Positions 1-11,991 of a DNA stretch of 64,000 nt are shown in pieces. The first letter of the stretch is position 1. Each line of letters starts with the position of its first letter. Below the pieces are notes generated by a model that searched no databases, was not told the DNA's origin, and worked only from the letters and a program-made list of their open reading frames with translations. Origin of the DNA: an uncultured Bacilli bacterium (lineage in GTDB: Bacteria; Bacillota_I; Bacilli_A; RF39; UBA660); contig CAJTWC010000003.1 in assembly GCA_910580185.1 (NCBI GenBank), positions 34,304 through 98,303 of the forward strand. Direction: 5' to 3'. The translations under genes and the position numbers were made by a program.

Positions 1-1
1 G

Positions 2-328
2 GATAGAATTTTAAACCCTGATTATCCAGAAAACTATTTAAAAGCAATAAATTCAAATATAGATAAATACAACATTATCTTAATAACTCCAGAAAAAATG
101 ATAAGGGATATATTAAGAGAAAAAAATATTGATTACTACGTAGCATATCCTAAAAATCCAGAATTTGTAATGGAAAGAGCTATAAAAAGGGGAAATAACA
201 TGCATTTTACCAATAGTTTAAAAATATCCTATGAGAAATGGTTTCCAGACAAAAATGAAAAAATATTAATTGTAAAAGATAATGAATATTTGGAAGATAT
301 TTTAAAGACATATAAAATATTAAAATAA
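2..328 (+). CDS. 3' end of a CDS that begins upstream of the window; hypothetical protein
   Basis: The reading frame is open from position 2 with no in-frame stop until the TAA at 326-328; the ORF track shows only the part from the ATG at position 98. Confidence 0.35.
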   Translation, partial: DRILNPDYPENYLKAINSNIDKYNIILITPEKMIRDILREKNIDYYVAYPKNPEFVMERAIKRGNNMHFTNSLKISYEKWFPDKNEKILIVKDNEYLEDILKTYKILK

Positions 329-437
329 AATTAATTGATTTAAAATCTTATTTAGTAGAAAAGGTTAATATTTTATTAATCTTTTTTATTTTTATAATAT
401 CTATGATAAAATGAAAGTACGTAGTAGGAGTGGTGTT

Positions 438-2204
438 ATGAAATTATTAAAAATAATGTTAGAGTGTATAAAGAAAAAGATAATATATGTTATTTTGTTT
501 ATAATATTTAGTATTTTTAGTATGTATTTATTAACCTATATACCAGTTGTAATTAGTTATGGTATAAACCATATAATGGGAAATAATGATAGTATATATT
601 TTTTAGATGAAGTCTTAAAAAACATAAATGATATAAAAATATACCTTGTTATTATTTGTTTAATATTACTTTTAATGCAAGGCATTATTTGCTTGCTTAA
701 TTATCTTAAATCAAGGGTGAAAGATAAGTTTATTCAAAAGTTTCAATATGAACTAAAGCATAATATATTTAATCATATACAAGAACTTACTTATACATCT
801 TTTTATAATAACTCAGTTGCTGACCTAGTTCAAAAAGCATCAAGCGACATAAATAAATTAGTTAGTTTCATTGACAAACAATTAATATTTTTTGTCGATT
901 TATTCTTACTTGTAATATTTATTGGCCTTAGATTATTTAAAATACATTACTTATTTTTAATTTTAATATTTTTTATATCACTTTTAATAATCGTAAGAAG
1001 TGTTTGGTACTTTAAGAAATGTAGTCCATTTTTAAACAAACTAATTGATGTATCAAACAAAGCGTATGAAAAACTAGAAGACAATTATAGAAACGTTAAG
1101 TTTATTAAATTAAATAATTTAGAAGAAAAAACAGTTGCAGACTTTGATGAAATAGCAGACGAAAATAAAAAGTATATGGATTTAAAATATTATTATGATG
1201 ATAAGTATTACTCATTTGTTATGTTTGTTTCGATGATTAATAGCCCACTTAACTTTATATTAGGTGCAGTGTTGCTTGCAGCAGGAGAAATAACCTTGCC
1301 GATTATGCTTGTAGTATTTGATTACTCATCAAAGATAATTAATCAGTTTAGTGAGTTCCACCACGTATTAGAAGAATTTAATGATTTTATAATATCTTAT
1401 AAAAGAATTTCTAATCTAGTTAATTTAACAATAGAAGATAATAAAATTAAGCGTATTACTTTAAATAATTATGATATAGAATTTACCAATGTAACTATAA
1501 CATTAAAAGATAAGGTAATATTAAAAGATTTAAATTTTAAAATAAATGAAAACGAAAAAGTATTAATAGTTGGTAAAACTGGTAGTGGTAAAACCATTTT
1601 ATTTAAGACTCTTATAGGTTTTTATGATTATTCTGGAAGCATTACTATAGGCGGTGTTGAAATAAAGGAAATGAACCGTAAAAACATAAGAGAGTACGTA
1701 TGTATGATCTTGCAAGACTCTTACATATATAGTAAAACAATCAGGGATAACATTAAAGTATTAGATCAATACATACCTGATAATTTTATGATTGATTTAT
1801 CAAAAGAGTTTATGCTTCATGATGATATTATAAATTTAAAAGAAGGATATAACACTATGCTAGGAAGTCATGGAATTAAACTATCTAAAGGACAAAATCA
1901 AAGGTTAATCCTTACCAGAAGTTTTGTTAAACCTAAAAACATTATGATATTTGATGATTCGTTTTCAGCGATAGATAATAAGAATAAAAAAGTTATTTTA
2001 AAGGATTTGCTAACTAAAAAAGATAATTTTACCAAGATAATTGTAACTTATGATATTTTAAATGCCCCTTTATTTGATAAGGTATTATACATTAATAATG
2101 GCAAGGTAAAAGTGGGTACTCATAATACTTTAATTAATAGTGATAAGACATATAAGAAGATATATGATATTGCAAGTGATAAAGTAGGTGATAGCTATGA
2201 ATAA
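438..2204 (+). CDS. ABC transporter, fused permease/ATP-binding subunit (first half of a heterodimeric exporter)
   Basis: N-terminal TM-rich domain; Walker A GKTGSGKT, ABC signature LSKGQNQRL, Walker B IMIFDDSFSAID; AGGAG RBS 8 nt upstream of the ATG at 438 (the ORF-track start at 411 is less likely). Confidence 0.85.
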   Translation: MKLLKIMLECIKKKIIYVILFIIFSIFSMYLLTYIPVVISYGINHIMGNNDSIYFLDEVLKNINDIKIYLVIICLILLLMQGIICLLNYLKSRVKDKFIQKFQYELKHNIFNHIQELTYTSFYNNSVADLVQKASSDINKLVSFIDKQLIFFVDLFLLVIFIGLRLFKIHYLFLILIFFISLLIIVRSVWYFKKCSPFLNKLIDVSNKAYEKLEDNYRNVKFIKLNNLEEKTVADFDEIADENKKYMDLKYYYDDKYYSFVMFVSMINSPLNFILGAVLLAAGEITLPIMLVVFDYSSKIINQFSEFHHVLEEFNDFIISYKRISNLVNLTIEDNKIKRITLNNYDIEFTNVTITLKDKVILKDLNFKINENEKVLIVGKTGSGKTILFKTLIGFYDYSGSITIGGVEIKEMNRKNIREYVCMILQDSYIYSKTIRDNIKVLDQYIPDNFMIDLSKEFMLHDDIINLKEGYNTMLGSHGIKLSKGQNQRLILTRSFVKPKNIMIFDDSFSAIDNKNKKVILKDLLTKKDNFTKIIVTYDILNAPLFDKVLYINNGKVKVGTHNTLINSDKTYKKIYDIASDKVGDSYE

Positions 2205-3915
2205 AAAAGAGAACATAAAGAAATTACTTACGTTTGGAGAAAATAAAAAAGCACTTACTTTTTGGTACATAGTAAGACTTTTACCAAGTATTTTAGTTTT
2301 TACTGGACCATTGTTAACTTCATTAATTCTTGATACGTATTTTCCAGACAATAATTATAAATACGTCTACTACTGTTCATTTATTTATATTGTTTTAACC
2401 ATTTTAAGAACTATGCAAATATTTTTCTATAACAACAAAAGAAATAAGATAATTTCAAAAGAGGAAAACACCATAAAGAAAAAAATGTATGAAAACGTAA
2501 TTAAATCAAAGGTATCATTAACGGATAGTTACCCAGTAGGTGAATTAATCGCACTTAACACTAGTGAATCTAAAAGTGCATCACTTCTTTTTGCATGGTC
2601 ATACATGAGAATTTACCCAATTGCTTATAAGGAAGTATTTTATACAATAATCGTAATGCTGTTTTTAGATTATAAACTTGCGATAATATCGACAGTAGTA
2701 TTCTTCTTAAGTTATTTTATGCTTAAACCACTTTATAAGAAAAACTATAAAGTAATAGAAAAATTACAAAAAATAAGATTAGAATTATCCTCTAAAACTA
2801 ATGAATTTATTAATAGTTACTCAACTAATAAATCACTTAGAATTGAAGAAAGTAATTTAAGTGAAATTGATGAGCTGCTTAAGAAAACATCAGATGAAGT
2901 ATTAAAATATAACAAAGTAATATACATTCATAAATACCTACTTAGCTTTATAAGCTTTATAAGCACCATTTTGATAGTTTACGTAGGCGGTGTAAACATT
3001 CTATCAGGAGTATCTTCTCTTGCTTTAATAATATTATTTAGAAACTATATAGCAAGTTTAGATTCGGCGATGAATATTATCGTAGAGTTTAAAAACGAAG
3101 CTAATAACAATTATAATGCTTATATGAAAATATATAATTTATGCTTAAATAAAAAAGAAGATAAAAAGGCTGGATTATTACTTAAAAAGGTAGATAGTAT
3201 AAAATTTAAGCATGTTAAGATGAGTTATGATGGTGTAAATGACATATTAAAAGATATTAATTTAGATATAACAAAACCAATGAAAATAGCCTTAGTTGGA
3301 AAAAGTGGTTGTGGTAAAAGTACGTTAGTTAACTTAATACCAAGGTTTTATGATATAACCGGTGGTTCTATTTTAATAAATGATACGGATTATAAAGAAT
3401 ATAGTTTAGAGACTTTAAGAAACAATGTTGGATATGTCTTTCAAGAACCAGTAATATTTCATATGAGTATTATGGATAATATAAAATATGGTCAAAATAG
3501 AAAAGTTACTAATAAAGAGGTAATAGAAGTTTGTAAAAGAATCGGCTTACACGATAAAATCACTTCGTTAGAAAATGGATATAATACTAAAATAGACATT
3601 TATAGTGATAAAATATCTTACGGTGAAAAACAGCTTTTAAATTTTGCTAGAGCGATATTAAAAAACGCTGATATTTTAATATTAGATGAAGTAACTTCAA
3701 ACCTTGATTTAGAATTTGAACAAAAAGTTATGAAAGCAACTAAAGAAGTTCTTAAAAATAAGTTTTCCTTTATCATTGCACACAGACTTAAAACCATTAA
3801 AGAAGCTGATTTAATTGTTTATATAGAAAATGGTAAGATAAAAGAAATGGGAACACATGATGAACTTATTAAAATGAATGGAAAATATAAGACATTATAT
3901 AACGATAAAAAATAA
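2197..3915 (+). CDS. ABC transporter, fused permease/ATP-binding subunit (second half of the heterodimer)
   Basis: Walker A GKSGCGKST, signature ISYGEKQLL, Walker B ILILDEVTSNLD; ATG at 2197 overlaps the upstream stop (ATGAATAA), suggesting translational coupling; the ORF track starts at a GTG at 2188. Confidence 0.85.
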   Translation: MNKKENIKKLLTFGENKKALTFWYIVRLLPSILVFTGPLLTSLILDTYFPDNNYKYVYYCSFIYIVLTILRTMQIFFYNNKRNKIISKEENTIKKKMYENVIKSKVSLTDSYPVGELIALNTSESKSASLLFAWSYMRIYPIAYKEVFYTIIVMLFLDYKLAIISTVVFFLSYFMLKPLYKKNYKVIEKLQKIRLELSSKTNEFINSYSTNKSLRIEESNLSEIDELLKKTSDEVLKYNKVIYIHKYLLSFISFISTILIVYVGGVNILSGVSSLALIILFRNYIASLDSAMNIIVEFKNEANNNYNAYMKIYNLCLNKKEDKKAGLLLKKVDSIKFKHVKMSYDGVNDILKDINLDITKPMKIALVGKSGCGKSTLVNLIPRFYDITGGSILINDTDYKEYSLETLRNNVGYVFQEPVIFHMSIMDNIKYGQNRKVTNKEVIEVCKRIGLHDKITSLENGYNTKIDIYSDKISYGEKQLLNFARAILKNADILILDEVTSNLDLEFEQKVMKATKEVLKNKFSFIIAHRLKTIKEADLIVYIENGKIKEMGTHDELIKMNGKYKTLYNDKK

Positions 3916-3972
3916 TTATAAAATCATATATAAAGTATGTTATAATATTATTAGTTAGGGAGGTTTTTGAAT

Positions 3973-4497
3973 ATGAAAACAATGGAAGAACATAAAAAAG
4001 AAAAATCAGAATTAATGAGAGAAAAAATAATAAATGAGATAAATGATTGTGATAATGATGAGCAAAAAGCAATGTTATTAGATAAAGCCGTAGCTTCTGA
4101 TGACCCAGTTTTAATTAGAGAGGTTTTAACAAAAACCAAATTATCAGAAACAGAGAATGATAAAGTTTTAAAAGCATTTCTTTCAAAAAACGACAGTGAG
4201 TATTTTACACAACAAATAGTTTACTTATATTTTAAGGATGCGGAATCTTTAGCTGCTTCATTTGGAAGTTCAAATAATTTTAGAGATTATGTATTATCTG
4301 ATACGTATCTTGATACAGAAAATATTCCTAAAGACTTTTTGGATAGTGTTGAGGCTATTGCTAAAAGTGAATCAAATAGTATGATGATAATAACAAGAAC
4401 AATGATAGAACAACATATACTTCCACATATAAACGAAGAAAAAATTCCAGTAGTTAATCTTCACTATAATTCAAATAAATCATATAGAAGTAGGTAA
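3973..4497 (+). CDS. hypothetical acidic protein
   Basis: GGGAGG RBS 9 nt upstream of the ATG at 3973 (the ORF track begins at a TTG at 3967); no recognisable motifs. Confidence 0.5.
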   Translation: MKTMEEHKKEKSELMREKIINEINDCDNDEQKAMLLDKAVASDDPVLIREVLTKTKLSETENDKVLKAFLSKNDSEYFTQQIVYLYFKDAESLAASFGSSNNFRDYVLSDTYLDTENIPKDFLDSVEAIAKSESNSMMIITRTMIEQHILPHINEEKIPVVNLHYNSNKSYRSR

Positions 4498-4558
4498 AAA
4501 AATCAAGGCTAGTAATAGCTTTGATTTTTTGCTATAATAACGTTATGAGGGTGGTTTT

Positions 4559-5530
4559 ATGGTGAATTATTTTAAGATGAGAAAAGAAGCAATCGATAAT
4601 ATAAAAGATGCCATAAACAATTTAAGTGGTGAAGGCGTTATTAATAAAAGATTAACCTATAATAGATTTTTTTATCCAAGAAACTATATAAATAAATTAC
4701 TTACTGAAATAGAAGATTATAAACATGGCATAGAATATACATCGTTTAATGGTAATGAAAAAAATAAAAGAATAATCGGATTTGGTTTTAGTCAAATGAA
4801 AAAACCATTAAATGCATTTATTATAAATGATATTCCTGATTTTGATAATACCATTTTGATAACTGGAGTAATGCACGGATTTGAAGGTGCTTTTTCACAT
4901 GATGGGAAGTTAATATATGATACCTTAAATGAAACTGCATATTATTATTCTAATAATAATGATATTTTGAATAAAACAAGAATTATAATAGTTCCATACT
5001 GTAATCCTGATGGTTTGTTTGATGGTAAATCAGATAAAGGCTTTGGTAGAAAAACTTCAAATAATACTGATATGAATAGGGATTTTGGACAATTTAACGC
5101 TCGTGAAACAGTCGAAATATCTAATCTCATGTTAAAGTATAAACCTAATATTTATATTGACGTGCATGGATGGTTAAATGCTTTATATGGTGATGATGAA
5201 ATATTAAAACCTTTTTATAATAATTGCCTAATAGATAGAAAATATCCTAACCAGTTTGGTCACGGGAAAGGATATGCTATATCTTATGCAAAAAATAATT
5301 TTAAAGCCAAATGTGCCTTAGTGGAGTTTAATAGTCCTGATGAAATATCACCGCAAAAAATGGTCATGGCATTAAATGAGTTACTTGGCTTGGATTCTAA
5401 ATACAGTTTCATAGATGAACAAACAATGAAAATAACTAAAGGATATTGTGATATGATAAGAGCTAGTAAAGATTTAGCCAAAACTTTACTTAGAAGAAAT
5501 GGAGGATTAAATGACAAAAATAAAAACTAA
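4559..5530 (+). CDS. M14-family zinc carboxypeptidase-like protein (gamma-D-glutamyl-diamino acid endopeptidase / AstE-AspA-like)
   Basis: HxxE zinc motif (MHGFEG), an NPDG motif about 55 aa later, and a second His (VHGW), all spaced as in M14 peptidases; GAGGGTGG RBS. Confidence 0.45.
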   Translation: MVNYFKMRKEAIDNIKDAINNLSGEGVINKRLTYNRFFYPRNYINKLLTEIEDYKHGIEYTSFNGNEKNKRIIGFGFSQMKKPLNAFIINDIPDFDNTILITGVMHGFEGAFSHDGKLIYDTLNETAYYYSNNNDILNKTRIIIVPYCNPDGLFDGKSDKGFGRKTSNNTDMNRDFGQFNARETVEISNLMLKYKPNIYIDVHGWLNALYGDDEILKPFYNNCLIDRKYPNQFGHGKGYAISYAKNNFKAKCALVEFNSPDEISPQKMVMALNELLGLDSKYSFIDEQTMKITKGYCDMIRASKDLAKTLLRRNGGLNDKNKN

Positions 5531-6323
5531 AGGAATTATTACTAAGAAAGATGTATTAAAATATGCCGCTGAACAAGGCTATGATATTAACTTATTTTTA
5601 GAATATTTAAAATTTCAGCAAAAAGAAGTAAACAAAAATGATGGAGAATTCAAAATGCCTGTTGAAGAATGCGCACTTGCTACTCTAGAATTAGACATGA
5701 ATAGTTTTGAAAACCTAGATTGGTATAGTAACTGGATGGGATTTGGAGACCGCGACTACATACCATCAGAATATGATTTTAAAACTTTTTGTACAAGAAG
5801 AGATAATTGGATGTATAAATCACATAGTTATGATATTCTTCAAAAAATAAATTCTGATAACGAAATATATGTGTTTCGTGATGATAATTTGCAGTCTTTA
5901 AAAATATCGGAAGCTGGTAATTCTTATAAAATTAATTTAAGGAGCAATGATAAATTAGACTTAAAAAACTTTAATCAAGGAAAAGTTTTGGCAATGGCGT
6001 TAGTAACCGAAAAAGCTGATGCTTTATGTGCTATTTTAGAAAAATTTTATAATAATTTAAGAGGAAATCCAATTACTTGTGACATTAGTTCTGGAATTAA
6101 AGGAAATATCGAAATCATTTCTGGGGTAAGAGGATTTTCTATGGTCGTAGATACAAATTATTTATCACGACCTCCAATTTCAATAAATATGGATATTAAT
6201 AAAGAAGATAATGAAGATGCTTTTTTAGCAACTAAAGAGTTATATAGTGATTTAGATGATATAAAAATAAAGAGTGAAAACATTAACACCCGTTTAAGTT
6301 TATTAAGAATAAAGGCAAAATAA
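5511..6323 (+). CDS. hypothetical protein
   Basis: GGAGG RBS; start overlaps the upstream gene by 20 nt; followed by the intrinsic terminator at 6311-6340. Confidence 0.5.
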   Translation: MTKIKTKGIITKKDVLKYAAEQGYDINLFLEYLKFQQKEVNKNDGEFKMPVEECALATLELDMNSFENLDWYSNWMGFGDRDYIPSEYDFKTFCTRRDNWMYKSHSYDILQKINSDNEIYVFRDDNLQSLKISEAGNSYKINLRSNDKLDLKNFNQGKVLAMALVTEKADALCAILEKFYNNLRGNPITCDISSGIKGNIEIISGVRGFSMVVDTNYLSRPPISINMDINKEDNEDAFLATKELYSDLDDIKIKSENINTRLSLLRIKAK

Positions 6324-6404
6324 AATGCCTTTTTAATTTTATGTTTACAAATACAATTGTTCGTGATAAAATTAACTTGTATTAAAAATAAATGAGGTGT
6401 ATTT

Positions 6405-6956
6405 ATGTATTCATACATTAAAGGTATTGTAACAATGATAGAACCCAGTTATGTGGTTATTGAAAATAACGGAATTGGTTATATGATATATGTAGCAAAT
6501 CCATATTCATATAAAATAAATGAGGAAGTATTAATTTACTTATATCAACAAATTAGAGAAGAAGAAAACACGTTATATGGTTTTAAGAATAAGGAAGATA
6601 AAAATTTATTTTTAAAATTAATTAGTGTTAAAGGTTTAGGTTGTAAAATGGCACTTCCAATGCTTTCAGGAGATAATAAAGATAGTATTTATGATGCTAT
6701 AGAAAGTGGAAATATTAACTACTTGAAAAAATTTCCTAAGATTGGTGATAAGGTTGCAAGACAAATTATCCTTGATTTAAAAGGAAAATTAGCGGTTGAC
6801 GTAAAAGAAGTAAAACAAGATTATACCGAACTTACCGAAACTCTTAAGTCTTTGGGATATAAACCAGCTGATATTAAAAAGATACTACCTAACATTGATA
6901 TTTCAAAAACGTTAGAATCTCAAGTTAAGGAAGCTTTAAAGTTATTATTAAAATAG
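6405..6956 (+). CDS. ruvA: Holliday junction DNA helicase RuvA
   Basis: Typical RuvA N-terminus MYSYIKGIV...; size 183 aa; sits upstream of ruvB; GAGGTG RBS. Confidence 0.9.
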   Translation: MYSYIKGIVTMIEPSYVVIENNGIGYMIYVANPYSYKINEEVLIYLYQQIREEENTLYGFKNKEDKNLFLKLISVKGLGCKMALPMLSGDNKDSIYDAIESGNINYLKKFPKIGDKVARQIILDLKGKLAVDVKEVKQDYTELTETLKSLGYKPADIKKILPNIDISKTLESQVKEALKLLLK

Positions 6957-6970
6957 AAAGGAATTAATTT

Positions 6971-7975
6971 ATGGATAACAGAATAATTACTTCTGAAAAA
7001 TTAAAAGAAGATAGTTTTGAATCAACTATAAGACCACAAAGCATTGATGAATACATCGGTCAGAAAGATATAGTAGAAAATTTAAAGGTGTTTATGAAAG
7101 CTGCTAAAATGCGTGGTGAAGCACTCGACCACGTCTTACTATACGGCCCTCCTGGTCTTGGTAAAACAACTCTTTCTTATGTAATAGCAAACGAGATGGA
7201 TGCCAATATTAAAACCGCATCTGGTCCATCAATTGAAAAATCAGGAGATTTAGCAGCGATTTTATCTTCGTTAGAAGAAGGCGACGTGCTATTTATTGAT
7301 GAAATACATAGAATGCCAAGGTTTGTTGAAGAAATACTTTATTCGGCAATGGAAGATTTTACCCTTGATATAATTGTTGGTGGAGAAGGATCTAATCGTA
7401 ATTTAAGAATCGATTTACCTAGGTTTACACTTGTTGGAGCAACAACAAGAGCTGGTGACTTGTCCGCACCTTTAAGGGACCGTTTTGGAATTGTATCGAA
7501 ACTTAATTATTATACTGAAGAAGAAATAACAGAAATAATTAAAAGAAGTGCAAGGGTGCTTGATTTAAGCATTGAAGATGAAGCTGCTAGTGAACTTGCT
7601 AACAGGTGTCGTAGAACCCCTAGAATAGCTAATAGATTACTTAAACGTGTAAGTGATTTTGCGTTAGTTAAAGGTAATGGAACAATTACCCTTGATATCA
7701 CGAAGTTTGCCCTTGATTCATTAAAAGTAGATAAACTAGGATTGGATGAGGTTGACTATGAATTATTAAAGACTATTATATATAAATTTAATGGTGGTCC
7801 CGTTGGAGTTGAAGCAGTTGCGGCATCCATCGGAGAAGAAGTATCAACAATAGAAGATGTATGTGAACCATATCTTTTACAGATTGGTTATTTAAAAAGA
7901 ACGCCAAGGGGGCGCATAGTAACTGATATGGCGTATAGACACTTAGGAATAGATAGGAATAGTAATAATGGCTAA
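6971..7975 (+). CDS. ruvB: Holliday junction branch migration ATPase RuvB
   Basis: AAA+ Walker [18 protein letters not shown] box, RuvB C-terminal winged helix; 334 aa. Confidence 0.95.
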   Translation: MDNRIITSEKLKEDSFESTIRPQSIDEYIGQKDIVENLKVFMKAAKMRGEALDHVLLYGPPGLGKTTLSYVIANEMDANIKTASGPSIEKSGDLAAILSSLEEGDVLFIDEIHRMPRFVEEILYSAMEDFTLDIIVGGEGSNRNLRIDLPRFTLVGATTRAGDLSAPLRDRFGIVSKLNYYTEEEITEIIKRSARVLDLSIEDEAASELANRCRRTPRIANRLLKRVSDFALVKGNGTITLDITKFALDSLKVDKLGLDEVDYELLKTIIYKFNGGPVGVEAVAASIGEEVSTIEDVCEPYLLQIGYLKRTPRGRIVTDMAYRHLGIDRNSNNG

Positions 7976-8855
7976 CCAAATGCTTGAAAAATTAATTAGG
8001 GTATATGATGAAAATTTTGAAAAAGATAAAGAAGAATTTATGGACGCTGATTATTTAAAGAATTATATGTATTTAGTAAAAAATTATCGCGATTTAAATA
8101 AAACTTTTTTGAATGAGAAAAACGAGGAAATTAATAAAAATATTGATGCTTTTATTAGTTTAATATTAAATATGGTAAATAATTTTAAATTTTCAGTAGA
8201 AAAGGTATGGGCTATTTTGTATGCGTACAATTTATATAAATTATATGGGTTTAAAGTAAATAATTTAACATCTGCTGACATCAACTTATTGGTTAATTTA
8301 TATATGGGATTAGATAGAAAGTATTCTTTGTCATTTCTAAATAAAATAATGGATTTTATATTTGATGCTAATTTAAAAAATGAGCTTTATGATATGAATT
8401 TATCTTTAGGTGAATTAACAAATTTTTTATTAGAACCAATAGATGAATATATTGATGAGGGCATAAATTTTAATATTCCTTTAATTTTTTATATTAAAGA
8501 AGAAATTAAAAATAAAACACAAAATAAAGTAAGTACAAAGGAAACTTTAAGATTAAATTGGGATACACCCGAAGACATTTATGATAATTTAAAAAATAAA
8601 ATAACGTCCATGGCAAATTTGATGATAAATTCTGGTTATGAAAAACAAGAACAAGAAGGCTATGAACTTCTTTCTAATTTAGGAATGTTAGTATGTAAAT
8701 TAAAGAATATGTCAGAAGAAAACTTTGGTATTTGTAGAGAAACTATTAAAATTCTAATGGAAGATGAAAAAAGAAAACTTCAAGACAAATATTATCTAAT
8801 CTTTAGCTTGATTAATCAGCTTACTACATATAATTCTAATAAAGGTATGAAATGA
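7968..8855 (+). CDS. hypothetical protein inserted between ruvB and queA
   Basis: ORF of 295 aa; its start overlaps the ruvB stop; no known motifs. Confidence 0.45.
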   Translation: MANQMLEKLIRVYDENFEKDKEEFMDADYLKNYMYLVKNYRDLNKTFLNEKNEEINKNIDAFISLILNMVNNFKFSVEKVWAILYAYNLYKLYGFKVNNLTSADINLLVNLYMGLDRKYSLSFLNKIMDFIFDANLKNELYDMNLSLGELTNFLLEPIDEYIDEGINFNIPLIFYIKEEIKNKTQNKVSTKETLRLNWDTPEDIYDNLKNKITSMANLMINSGYEKQEQEGYELLSNLGMLVCKLKNMSEENFGICRETIKILMEDEKRKLQDKYYLIFSLINQLTTYNSNKGMK

Positions 8856-8926
8856 TTTGAATTTTTAATTAAAATAATTTATAATAAGTACTTGCAATGT
8901 GCTTATTTTTGTTTGGAGGGATGTAT

Positions 8927-9949
8927 ATGAAGACTGATGATTTTGATTATGATTTACCAAAAGAACTTATCGCGCAAACGCCTCTTAAAAAAAGAGATTC
9001 TTCACGTATGATGGTGTTAGATAAAAAAACAGGCAAAACAGAGGATAAAATATTTACTGATTTAATCGATTATGTAGAAACAGGTGATACACTAGTTTTA
9101 AATGACACTAAGGTTATACCAGCAAGATTAATTGGACATAAGCCTGATACTGGTGCAGTGATAGAAGTTTTAATGTTAAAAGATTTAGGCGATGATGAAT
9201 GGGAATGCTTGACGAAACCTGCAAAGAGAATTAAAATCGGTACTACTGTTAAGTTTTCTGATGATTTATCTTGTAAGTGTACTTTTGTGGGAGAAGATGG
9301 AATTAGAAGGTATAAGTTTATTTATGACGGAATATTACTTGAAATATTAGATAAATTAGGGGAAATGCCACTTCCTCCATACATAACAGAAAAATTAAAT
9401 GAAAAAGATAGATATCAAACCGTTTATGCAAAAAATCCTGGTAGTGCAGCAGCGCCTACAGCAGGTCTTCATTTTACTGATGATGTTTTAAGTAAGATAA
9501 AAGAAAAGGGCGTTAGCATAGCATATGTAACACTTCATGTTGGACTTGGAACTTTTAGGCCAGTAAGTGTAGAAGATGTGACAAAACATGACATGCATCA
9601 GGAGTATTATGAAATGAGTGAAGATGTAGCTAATCTTCTTAATAAAACAAGAGATAATGGTAAAAGAATAATTGCAGTTGGAACAACATCAACTAGAGTA
9701 TTAGAAACAATTGCTGATGAAACGGGGCATTTTAAAGCACAATCAGGTAATACTAAAATATTTATATATCCTGGATATAAGTTTAAAGGAATTGATTGTT
9801 TACTAACTAATTTTCACTTACCTAAATCCACGCTGATAATGCTTATTAGTGCACTTGCGGGTAAAGAAAATGTTTTAAGTGCATATAAAAATGCAGTAGA
9901 CAAAAAATATAGATTTTTCTCTTTTGGAGATTGTATGTTAATAAAGTAA
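8927..9949 (+). CDS. queA: S-adenosylmethionine:tRNA ribosyltransferase-isomerase QueA
   Basis: Conserved N-terminus [20 protein letters not shown]; GGAGGG RBS 6 nt upstream of the ATG at 8927. Confidence 0.9.
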   Translation: MKTDDFDYDLPKELIAQTPLKKRDSSRMMVLDKKTGKTEDKIFTDLIDYVETGDTLVLNDTKVIPARLIGHKPDTGAVIEVLMLKDLGDDEWECLTKPAKRIKIGTTVKFSDDLSCKCTFVGEDGIRRYKFIYDGILLEILDKLGEMPLPPYITEKLNEKDRYQTVYAKNPGSAAAPTAGLHFTDDVLSKIKEKGVSIAYVTLHVGLGTFRPVSVEDVTKHDMHQEYYEMSEDVANLLNKTRDNGKRIIAVGTTSTRVLETIADETGHFKAQSGNTKIFIYPGYKFKGIDCLLTNFHLPKSTLIMLISALAGKENVLSAYKNAVDKKYRFFSFGDCMLIK

Positions 9950-10134
9950 TGGAGGTATTATATGTTTATAGATAAAAAAGTTTTAGCTGATTTAAGAGAA
10001 GAAAAATGACCTTATCAAAAATTGATGAAGCCAAAGAAGTAAAAAAAGAAAATGTAAAGGTTTTAAGAAAAGAAAGAAAAAGATTAAAAACATTAAAAAG
10101 ACAATCAAAGAAATTAAATGATTAAGGAGAAAAA

Positions 10135-10380
10135 ATGTTAAAAAATAAATTAATTAATTTTAAAACAAAATTATCAAATTTAAGTATTAATTATTTTTAT
10201 AAAAACCTAATTAATAAAAGCCAAGGATTAGCTTTAAATGTAAAAGATACTTACACTGACGCTAATGGTTTTCACATAAAAAAAGGTAATGATGAAGTAA
10301 TAATTTCTAAAAGTGTAATTAAAGATCTTTGCAGGAAAAAAATTAAAAAAACATTAAAAAATAAAAAACACTTTAATTGA
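10135..10380 (+). CDS. small basic hypothetical protein
   Basis: AAGGAG RBS; 81 aa, Lys-rich; terminator hairpin overlaps its stop codon. Confidence 0.35.
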   Translation: MLKNKLINFKTKLSNLSINYFYKNLINKSQGLALNVKDTYTDANGFHIKKGNDEVIISKSVIKDLCRKKIKKTLKNKKHFN

Positions 10381-10404
10381 TAAAAGTGTTTTTTATGATA
10401 TAAT
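10377..10404 (+). promoter_or_regulatory. sigma70-like promoter for tgt (-35 TTGATA, 16-nt spacer, extended -10 TGaTATAAT)
   Basis: Read directly: TTGATA at 10377-10382 and TATAAT at 10399-10404 preceded by TG. Confidence 0.5.
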
Positions 10405-10424
10405 TGTTGAGGTAAAGAGGTTGA

Positions 10425-11549
<1,125 letters not shown>

Positions 11550-11918
11550 TTATTTAATGTCTGTTTCTTCTTGCATGTTTTTTCCAAGTATTCCGCCAAG
11601 TAAAGAAAATATAAGTAATACTAAGTAATATATTATATTTTTAAATGATAGATTTATTTTAAAAAACACTAACGATAAAAACAACATAATTATAATGCAA
11701 AATAAGAAGTATAATGCCCCAGAAACAATTCCTTTATAACTTAGGTTTTTACTCATTTTAATAGCGCCCACAAAGATTCCAAGCATACTTATAACATATA
11801 AGAATATATTATTTAATTTATCTGATGTTATATTAAAATAATATAACATGCTAGTTATTAATCCTCCTATTAATATAATACCCAGTGTATATAACATTGG
11901 AAATAAGTATTTTTTCAA
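11550..11918 (-). CDS. small 4-TM membrane protein, hypothetical (TTG start)
   Basis: Hydrophobic segments; GAGGTGA RBS upstream on the minus strand. Confidence 0.4.
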   Translation of the reverse strand: MKKYLFPMLYTLGIILIGGLITSMLYYFNITSDKLNNIFLYVISMLGIFVGAIKMSKNLSYKGIVSGALYFLFCIIIMLFLSLVFFKINLSFKNIIYYLVLLIFSLLGGILGKNMQEETDIK

Positions 11919-11991
11919 AATATCACCTCTGGTTAAATATATTATTTGTATATGAAAATATGAATAATACCATAATAAAATAGGTGATAAA

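Noticed and set aside
2130-2351. Antisense or overlapping ORFs in the six-frame track: 2130-2351(-), 3869-4139(-), 4945-5130(-), 5284-5517(-), 6158-6418(-), 7510-7979(-), 8084-8284(-), 12081-12308(-), 13446-13658(-), 16868-17383(+), 18871-19176(-), 20575-20808(-), 21356-21577(-), 23007-23204(-), 27321-27536(-), 27725-27961(-), 29608-29802(-), 30991-31299(-), 31798-32097(-), 33139-33438(-), 34324-34914(-), 36267-36473(+), 40967-41152(-), 41945-42208(-), 43330-43596(-), 44975-45337(-), 46978-47199(-), 49543-49971(-), 50139-50375(-), 51886-52245(+), 55940-56170(+), 57437-57823(+), 58172-58441(+)
   Set aside because: Each lies wholly inside, and opposite or out of frame to, a longer ORF with clear homology or RBS. 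AT-rich DNA gives long spurious antisense frames, and none has a convincing SD
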